DNA of 32,000 nucleotides, from contig NC_013202.1 of assembly GCF_000023965.1 (NCBI RefSeq), positions 1,080,001 through 1,112,000 on the forward strand, read 5' to 3'. The position numbers and the translations under genes are program-made. Positions within the stretch are counted from its first letter, which is position 1; each line of letters starts with the position of its first letter. Shown in pieces: positions 26,258 through 32,000 of this stretch. The notes under the pieces are model-generated. The model saw only the letters and a list, made by a program, of their open reading frames with translations, was not told the DNA's origin and ran no database searches. The DNA is from Halomicrobium mukohataei DSM 12286 (GTDB taxonomy: Archaea > Halobacteriota > Halobacteria > Halobacteriales > Haloarculaceae).

Positions 26258-27091
26258 TCAGAACAGCGGGTCGGGACCCGGCGGCGCGGCGCGCTTGTGC
26301 TCGCTCCCCTCGTAGAGGGTCCTGACGTGTTCGACGGCGTCCTCGTCGACGCCGATCTCGGCGGCCGTCGCCGAGGCGGAGACGCCGCCCTCGACGTGGA
26401 GCGCGAGGATCGAATCGAGCGTCGGGTAGTCGATGCCCAGCTCCGCCTCGTCGGTCTGGTCGAGCCACATCTCGGCGCTCGCGGTCTTCTCCGCGAGGTC
26501 GTCCGGGACGCCGACGTGTGTGGCGAGCTGGCGGACCTGGCCCTTATACAGGTTCGCGATCGGGTGGCAGTCCACGGCACCGTCGCCGTACTTGGTGAAG
26601 TAGCCCACCAGCGCCTCGCTTCGGTTGCCCGTCCCGAGGACGATCGAGTCCCGGTGGTTGGCGGCGAGGTAGTTCAGTACGGCCCGACAGCGCACCCGGA
26701 GGTTGCCGACGGCGAGCTGATCGCCCTCGGCGTCGGGGTACCCGTCGAGGAAGGCGTCGGCGATCGGTTCGACCTCGATCACGTCGTACTCGATGTCCAG
26801 CAGCTCGCTGGCGACGCGCTCGGCGTCGCTCATGTTCGCCTCGCGGTTGACCTCGCTGGGCATCACCAGCCCGTAGACGTTCGCTGCGCCCAGCGCCTCG
26901 ACGGCCAGATGCGAGGTGAGCGTGCTGTCGATCCCACCGGAGAGCCCGATGATCGCCGTCTCGACGCCGGCCGCGTCGGCCTGCTCGGCGATGAAGTCGG
27001 TGATGTGGTCGCGATACGCTTCCAGTTCCGCCTCGGAGAGAGTCAGATCCAGCGGATCGTCGGCTCGCTGGACCGGTTTCGCTTCTGCCAT
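26258..27091 (-). CDS. nadE: NH3-dependent NAD+ synthetase
   Basis: 277 aa with the PP-loop GLSGGIDSTL and LGTGNRSEALVGYFTKYGDG. Confidence 0.92.
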   Translation of the reverse strand: MAEAKPVQRADDPLDLTLSEAELEAYRDHITDFIAEQADAAGVETAIIGLSGGIDSTLTSHLAVEALGAANVYGLVMPSEVNREANMSDAERVASELLDIEYDVIEVEPIADAFLDGYPDAEGDQLAVGNLRVRCRAVLNYLAANHRDSIVLGTGNRSEALVGYFTKYGDGAVDCHPIANLYKGQVRQLATHVGVPDDLAEKTASAEMWLDQTDEAELGIDYPTLDSILALHVEGGVSASATAAEIGVDEDAVEHVRTLYEGSEHKRAAPPGPDPLF

Positions 27092-27575
27092 CGTATCCCG
27101 AAGAAGGGACGCTAGCGACTAATACCCCACCGAGTCGCCCCCAGGAGTGGACGATCGGTCAGTCTCAGGTGTCGCTGCGACGTTCCTCAGTGTCGAGACT
27201 CGGCGGGTATGATATGGGCCTATGTGCAGGCGACACGTGCTTGCCGGCAGCTGTCACATTCGTCAGTGGGCATTGGATGCCCACAGACACGAATAAAATG
27301 TATCAAGTAAATCTCGAACGAGATATCCACATGTCGGGTACACTTTCTGATTGATAGATCAAGGAGTGAGCTGGCTGTAGCAAGAACTGATTACAAAGAT
27401 ATCATATATCGGCAGAGGGACACTGGAAATGAATAGTTAGAGATTTGACAGATCTACAACCTTGTTAATCATCCCGCAGTTTGGGGTGTGTCCTAGCACG
27501 GTTGAGCTGTTGATTTAGGAACAGTAGAACTGATCCCTCTCAGCTCAGTCTGACAATTGGAAGAATATCTTCTCT

Positions 27576-27830
27576 TTACGATTTCACACCAATACCAATT
27601 TGATAAAATAAAAATGGTATAAGAACTATGGAAAGTGTGAGAGAAAAAGTAACAACTGAGAGGATTATCGGGAGTTCGACGTACCAAACTGTATCGGGCA
27701 CGATTGGTCCCATTGCAAATATAATGACCACTGCGACGGCTAGGGAAACCATTCCTGCGAAGAATATCTCTAACCGGCTTGACCATGCGCTCTCTCGCAT
27801 GAGGAGATACTCTTTCGGCGGAATTTCCAT
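27576..27830 (-). CDS. Orphan small membrane protein (84 aa) in an AT-rich region
   Basis: ATG (cat 27828-27830) gives MEIPPKEYLLMRESAWSSRLEIFFAGMVSLAVAVVIIFAMGPIVPDTVWYVELPIILSVVTFSLTLSIVLIPFLFYQIG.... It is the hydrophobic 3' part of ORF 27576..28022, whose 5' part runs into the MITE. Confidence 0.5.
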   Translation of the reverse strand: MEIPPKEYLLMRESAWSSRLEIFFAGMVSLAVAVVIIFAMGPIVPDTVWYVELPIILSVVTFSLTLSIVLIPFLFYQIGIGVKS

Positions 27831-27878
27831 ATTCCACACACTAATTCGACTGTGATAAATGTGCGGGACACTCCGCAG

Positions 27879-28309
27879 GCGGTGTTCAGATAAGCAGCAG
27901 CACTGACTGACATATAGACACCGAAAGCCCTCGGCACGCTCGGCGGTTCTGTGGCGGATATCTTCACTGCGTTCGATAGTGCCGCCGCAGAACCGCCGAC
28001 CGCACCTCGCCCTTTCATCCACCAGGAATCGGCTGGTTCACCGTCTGAAACCTGGCGGATGAAAGGGCGAGTGCTGCGTGACGGCGGAGCCGTCACGTTA
28101 TAGCCGGCCGGTTCCACCGGCCGGCCCTTGCGGGAACCCCGGCGAAGTCTGCTCACGGGCGCAAAGCGCCCGTTCGCACGGCCAGAGGGACTCGGAGAGT
28201 CCCTCTCGGCAAGCACGCGGAGCGCGCGCAGCGAGCCGCGGGACCGCAACTGCACGAGGGCTTTCGGTGCCTCGACGATGCTACTCTCGATCTCTTATCT
28301 GAACACTAC
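27879..28309 (+). mobile_element. MITE-like structured element, copy B (with an extra 51-nt two-hairpin insertion)
   Basis: TIRs are at 27882-27894 and 28294-28306. A perfect 10-bp direct repeat CACTCCGCAG flanks it at 27869-27878 and 28310-28319. It has the same nested stems as copy A. The insertion at 28077-28127 forms CGTGACGG/CCGTCACG and GCCGGCCGG/CCGGCCGGC hairpins. Confidence 0.85.
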
Positions 28310-28364
28310 CACTCCGCAGCAGGTTGCAATCTTTCTGATTGGCGAGTGAATGTGGCTGCCGAAA

Positions 28365-28745
28365 TCAGTCGCTCGACTCCAGCGGCTCCACGAACTCCAG
28401 CACGTACCCCTCGGGGTCCTCGACGAAGGCGACGTAGGCGTCGGCCGGTTCGATCACGGTGGGTGCGGTGACGACGGTCGCGCCCTGCTCTGTGGCGCGC
28501 TCGACCATCGCCTCGGTGTCGTCGACGGTGAGTGCGACGTGGTCGACGTCCGCGCGGTTGGGCGCGATCGGCGTCGTGCGGTCGGGGTCGTGCCGGAGCT
28601 GCAACTCGCCGTGGTCGCCGCCGACGTAGACGTTCTCGACCCCGTCGAGCGTGAACGACCACTGTCGTTCCAGCCCCAGTTCGGTGTAGAACTCGACCGC
28701 GCGATCCATCTCCGAGACCCACAGCGCGACGTGTGCAACGTCCAT
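28365..28745 (-). CDS. VOC family protein (glyoxalase/bleomycin-resistance/dioxygenase fold)
   Basis: MDVAHVALWVSEMDRAVEFYTELGLE...VDHVALTVDD...FVEDPEGYVLEFVE. The start is at ATG (cat 28743-28745). Confidence 0.85.
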   Translation of the reverse strand: MDVAHVALWVSEMDRAVEFYTELGLERQWSFTLDGVENVYVGGDHGELQLRHDPDRTTPIAPNRADVDHVALTVDDTEAMVERATEQGATVVTAPTVIEPADAYVAFVEDPEGYVLEFVEPLESSD

Positions 28746-28796
28746 GATCGGACGTGCGCGGCCCGGTAGTTGTGTGTATCGACTCGGTAGCGCTCC

Positions 28797-28840
28797 GATA
28801 AGAGAGTGAGGGCCGAGGGCTTTCGGTGTTTGCACACCGG
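28797..28840 (+). repeat. Short relic related to the MITE (left-end GATAAGAGA fused to right inner arm CGAGGGCTTTCGGTG)
   Basis: GATAAGAGAGTGAGGGCCGAGGGCTTTCGGTGTTTGCACACCGG. The 15-mer CGAGGGCTTTCGGTG is identical to 7816-7830 and 28256-28270. GATAAGAGA equals 7501-7509. There is no intact TIR. Confidence 0.5.
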
Positions 28841-28952
28841 TATCTCGGCTGCGCATGTGAACAGGACCACCGACTCCGGCGGGCCAGTTTTCGCGGCCGG
28901 CGTGTCAGAAGCTTGCCGTTGACTACTTGGTCAGTCCCCACGACCCCCGTGT

Positions 28953-29924
28953 ATGGAGTACACGACACTCGGCTCGACCGGGATCGAGGTCTCGAAGATC
29001 TGTCTGGGCTGTATGAGCTTTGGCAGCGGCGACGAGTGGATGCTCGACCGGGACGACTCCGAGGCGCTGATCGAGCGCGCGCTCGAACTCGGGATCAACT
29101 TCTTCGACACGGCCAACGTCTACTCGACGGGCGAGAGCGAGGCGATCCTCGGCGACGTGCTCGGCGAGTACGACCGCGACGAGCAGGTCGTCGCCACGAA
29201 GGTGTTCGGCGAGATGGGCGACGATCCCAACAGGCAGGGGCTCTCGCGGAAGGCGATCGAACAGGAGCTGTCGGCCTCGCTGGACCGGCTGGGCATGGAC
29301 ACCGTCGATCTCTACCAGATCCACCGCTGGGACTACGACACGCCCATCGAGACGACGCTACGGGCGCTGGACGACGCCGTGCGGCGCGGCCAGGTGCGTC
29401 ACATCGGAGCGTCGTCGATGTGGGCCCACCAGTTCCAGCGGGCCCTGCACGTCAGCCAGCGGGAGGGGCTGGCCCGCTTCGAGACGATGCAGGACCTCTA
29501 TCACCTCACCTACCGCGAGGAGGAACGCGAGATGTATCCCGTCTGCGAGCAGTGGGACGTGGGCGTCATCCCGTGGAGCCCCCTCGGCGCGGGCTATCTG
29601 ACCCGCCCCCACGAGGCGTTCACTCGCACGACGCGGGGCGAACACGAGAAGGAGAACATCGGGCTCCCCTACGACGAGGGGCCGGGGAGTCGGGAGATCA
29701 ACGAGCGCGTTCAGGAACTGGCCGACGAGAAGGGCGTGACGATGGCCCAGATCGCGCTGGCCTGGCACTTCGAGAACGAGTACACCGACGCGCCGATCCT
29801 CGGCACGTCGAGCATCGAACACCTCGAAGCGGCCGTCGAAGCACTGGAGATCGACCTCTCGGCGTCGGAGATGGAGTACCTCGAAGAACCGTACGAGCCG
29901 GTCCCGGTGTACGGCCACGAGTGA
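28953..29924 (+). CDS. Aldo/keto reductase
   Basis: MEYTTLGSTGIEVSKICLGCMSFG..., NFFDTANVYS, DLYQIHRWD, IGASSMWA. Confidence 0.9.
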   Translation: MEYTTLGSTGIEVSKICLGCMSFGSGDEWMLDRDDSEALIERALELGINFFDTANVYSTGESEAILGDVLGEYDRDEQVVATKVFGEMGDDPNRQGLSRKAIEQELSASLDRLGMDTVDLYQIHRWDYDTPIETTLRALDDAVRRGQVRHIGASSMWAHQFQRALHVSQREGLARFETMQDLYHLTYREEEREMYPVCEQWDVGVIPWSPLGAGYLTRPHEAFTRTTRGEHEKENIGLPYDEGPGSREINERVQELADEKGVTMAQIALAWHFENEYTDAPILGTSSIEHLEAAVEALEIDLSASEMEYLEEPYEPVPVYGHE

Positions 29925-30022
29925 TACTGCCGGCTGTCGACCTGTGACCGATTTCGCCACCCGTAGCGACCCCCGCCACGCGGTAACGAACGGGGAGCGG
30001 GTCCGATACGTCACGCCAAAGC

Positions 30023-30901
30023 TCACTCGACGGCGTCCCAGCCCGGCGTCGGCGGTGCACCGTCGTCGTCCTCGATCTTGCGTGCGCAGTCGGGGTCCGG
30101 TGCCGGCTCGCCGACCGCGTCGGCGATCGTCTGCCAGCGCTCGATCGTTCGCCCGGTCCACGACGGTGCGTCCCGTGCGCGCTCGTGGTACCGCTCGTAC
30201 CAGTCGTCGCTGACGGCCCCGGTCCCGGGTGCGGAGGCAGCCGCGACGGCGACGAACTCCGCGCGGTCGGCGGCCGTCAGCTCGTCGGCGACGAGGCGAG
30301 ACACGACGCCGGAGAGGCGCTCGGGCTCGGGGTGTGCGAACAGCTTCGAACCCAGCGCGGCCGGGCCGAGCAACGGCGTAGCGCCGTCCGGCGGTTCGTC
30401 GTCCCGGAGTCGCTCGCCAGCGGCCTCGCCGGGTGCGTGCGCCTCGACGCGCTCGCACTCGGTCTCGACGGCCAGCGAGAGGTTCTCGCCGGGGTAGGCT
30501 CCACAGGTGTCCGGATACAGCTCGCCGCCGTGGAGCCGACACTGCAGGGTCACGGGATCGAGGAAGACACAGCTCTCCAGCCAGGTGGGGTCGGCGTCGA
30601 ACGGCGCGACGGGTTTGGGCGGCTTGCGAAGGCCGACGTAGAACGCCGGCCGACCGTCGATCGCGGCGACGCTGTGCCCGTCGATTCTGACGCCGTCGTC
30701 GTCGGCGAACAGGCGGGGCGTGAGGGCGTCGCCGTGACCGCGGTCGACGAACGCACGCACCTCGGCGCGGGTCAGCGGGACGAGGTTGGCGGTCTCGTCG
30801 AGCGGCTGGCGACTGCCGCGCCGCTCGTGATCGATGTCGGCGTCGGTCAGGGGCCGCCAGTCGATACAGCAGCCGGCACACCCCTCGCAGTCGACTCTCA
30901 T
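30023..30901 (-). CDS. YkgJ-family cysteine-cluster (CxxCxxCC) protein with an acidic C-terminal extension
   Basis: MRVDCEGCAGCCIDWRP... and a later C..L......C......YP..C..YP pattern, typical of UPF0153/YkgJ zinc/iron-chelating domains. Confidence 0.7.
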   Translation of the reverse strand: MRVDCEGCAGCCIDWRPLTDADIDHERRGSRQPLDETANLVPLTRAEVRAFVDRGHGDALTPRLFADDDGVRIDGHSVAAIDGRPAFYVGLRKPPKPVAPFDADPTWLESCVFLDPVTLQCRLHGGELYPDTCGAYPGENLSLAVETECERVEAHAPGEAAGERLRDDEPPDGATPLLGPAALGSKLFAHPEPERLSGVVSRLVADELTAADRAEFVAVAAASAPGTGAVSDDWYERYHERARDAPSWTGRTIERWQTIADAVGEPAPDPDCARKIEDDDGAPPTPGWDAVE

Positions 30902-30949
30902 GTTCGACCGTTCGGGCGTGCGGGAGAAAAGGCCCCGTCCCGAGACGCC

Positions 30950-31354
30950 CTAGGCGAACTCGCCCGTCGTGTCTGTCGAGGAGACCATCCCGACGTAGTC
31001 GCCGTGATCGTCCATCACCGGGAGGTGTTTGATGCCGAAGTTGGTCATCATGGCCGCGGCCTCGTTGAGTTCCGTCGTCGTCTCGACGCGCTCGACGGGA
31101 GAGGTCATCACGTCCGCGACTCGGGTTTCCGTGAGGTCCGCGCCCTCGGCGACGGCGTGGACCACGTCGGTCGTCGTGACGATCCCGGCGTCCGCTCCCG
31201 GGACGAAGAGCCCGTTGACGTTCGATTCGCGCATCTGCTCGGCGACGGCCCGGACGGTCGCGTTCGGGCTCGTCGTCTCCAGCGGTGTCGACATCACGTC
31301 CTCGACGAGGACAGTGTCGGAACTCATACCACGACTGTCGTGGCCAACTGTCAT
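30950..31354 (-). CDS. CBS domain pair protein
   Basis: VEDVMSTPLETTSPNATVRAVAEQM..., VADVMTSPVERVETTTELNEAAAMMTNFGIKHLPVMDD. A GGAGG lies about 9 nt upstream of the ATG at 31354. An alternative start is at 31327. Confidence 0.8.
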   Translation of the reverse strand: MTVGHDSRGMSSDTVLVEDVMSTPLETTSPNATVRAVAEQMRESNVNGLFVPGADAGIVTTTDVVHAVAEGADLTETRVADVMTSPVERVETTTELNEAAAMMTNFGIKHLPVMDDHGDYVGMVSSTDTTGEFA

Positions 31355-31412
31355 TGTCCTTTCCCTCCTTCGACGCCGCGACGTTCTTTGTGGTCCCGGC
31401 GCAACGTCGGCT

Positions 31413-32000
31413 ATGGAACACGTCGAAGCCGGCGGCGCGTCGATCCCGAAGATCGGACTCGGAACGTGGCAAAACACCGGGACAGCGTGTACCGAGACGG
31501 TTCGGACCGCTCTGGATCTCGGCTATCGACACGTCGACACCGCGCAGGTGTACGACAACGAGCGGGCGGTCGGCGAGGGGATCGCCGCGGCCGACGTGGA
31601 TCGCGACGACATCTTCCTGACGACGAAGGTGTGGCGCTCGAACCTCCGGCGCGAGACGGTCGTCTCGACGGTCGAAGAGAGTCTGGCGAAACTCGGCGTC
31701 GACTACGTGGACCTGCTGTTGATCCACTGGCCCCACCCGCGAGTTCCCGTCGAGGAGCCCCTCGACGCGATGGCCGAACTGCGCGAGCGGGGACTGGTCG
31801 AACACCTCGGCGTGAGCAACTTCACGCGGTCGCAGCTCCGGGCGGCCGCCGACGCCGTCGACGGCCCGATCGTCGCCGATCAGGTGCTGTACCATCCCTA
31901 CAAGGAGCAGTCGGCGCTGCGAGAGTACTGCGTCGACGCGGGGATCGCACTGACGGCCTACAGCCCGCTCGCGCGGGGGCGAGTCCTCGGAGACGATCTG
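31413..32000 (+). CDS. Aldo/keto reductase (2,5-diketo-D-gluconate reductase-like); the 3' end lies outside the window
   Basis: ATG 31413 gives MEHVEAGGASIPKIGLGTWQNTGTACTETVRTALDLGYRHVDTAQVYDNE...LLLIHWP...GVSNF. The frame is open to the window edge, and the ORF is absent from the track because it has no stop. Confidence 0.88.
   Translation, partial: MEHVEAGGASIPKIGLGTWQNTGTACTETVRTALDLGYRHVDTAQVYDNERAVGEGIAAADVDRDDIFLTTKVWRSNLRRETVVSTVEESLAKLGVDYVDLLLIHWPHPRVPVEEPLDAMAELRERGLVEHLGVSNFTRSQLRAAADAVDGPIVADQVLYHPYKEQSALREYCVDAGIALTAYSPLARGRVLGDDL

Noticed and set aside
27169-27837. ORFs 27169..27354(+) and 27493..27837(-) in the AT-rich islet
   Set aside because: There is no recognisable family, the composition is odd and the start codons are poor. 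The alternative frame at 27576-27830 gives a coherent membrane protein, so these were not called.
1-32000. CRISPR arrays, rRNA genes, transposase or integrase genes
   Set aside because: I saw no regularly spaced direct repeats, no rRNA-like segments, and no ORF with DDE, tyrosine-recombinase or TnpB-like signatures on either strand.

Overview
The window looks like high-GC haloarchaeal (class Halobacteria) chromosome. The proteins are acidic, a SAMP2-type ubiquitin-like modifier ends in GG, and there are an archaeal DUF106 insertase, uvrB, rpiA, nadE, larB and two phosphohexomutases. About 40 CDS are mostly housekeeping. Many long Arg/Pro/Ala-rich ORFs in the six-frame track are GC artefacts antisense to or out of frame with real genes.

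The main finding is a repeated non-coding element of about 380-430 nt. It has two full copies in the same orientation (7491-7870 and 27879-28309) and one short relic (about 28797-28840). The full copies carry 13-nt terminal inverted repeats (GTGTTCAGATAAG / CTTATCTGAACAC) and about 10-bp flanking direct repeats, perfect for copy B. Inside is a deeply nested set of long stems that is kept between copies that have diverged by roughly a tenth of their shared positions (estimated by eye). One compensatory A-T to G-C change and plus-strand-only G-U wobbles support a conserved fold. One copy also carries an inserted module of two perfect hairpins. I read it as a MITE-like mobile element that may double as a structured RNA.

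Other features:
- An intact tRNA-Thr(GGU) and a 56-nt duplicate of its 3' part bracket a 1.7-kb visibly AT-rich islet. The islet carries a RelE/ParE-RHH toxin-antitoxin pair and an orphan membrane protein but no integrase. A further degenerate tRNA-like scar lies beside it.
- A second AT-rich islet lies next to MITE copy B.
- A frameshift splits an HD-domain gene.
- Two paralogous zinc-ribbon micro-proteins are absent from the ORF track.
- Several families of intergenic hairpin or post-stop-codon repeats are present.

No CRISPR array, rRNA or transposase gene was seen.
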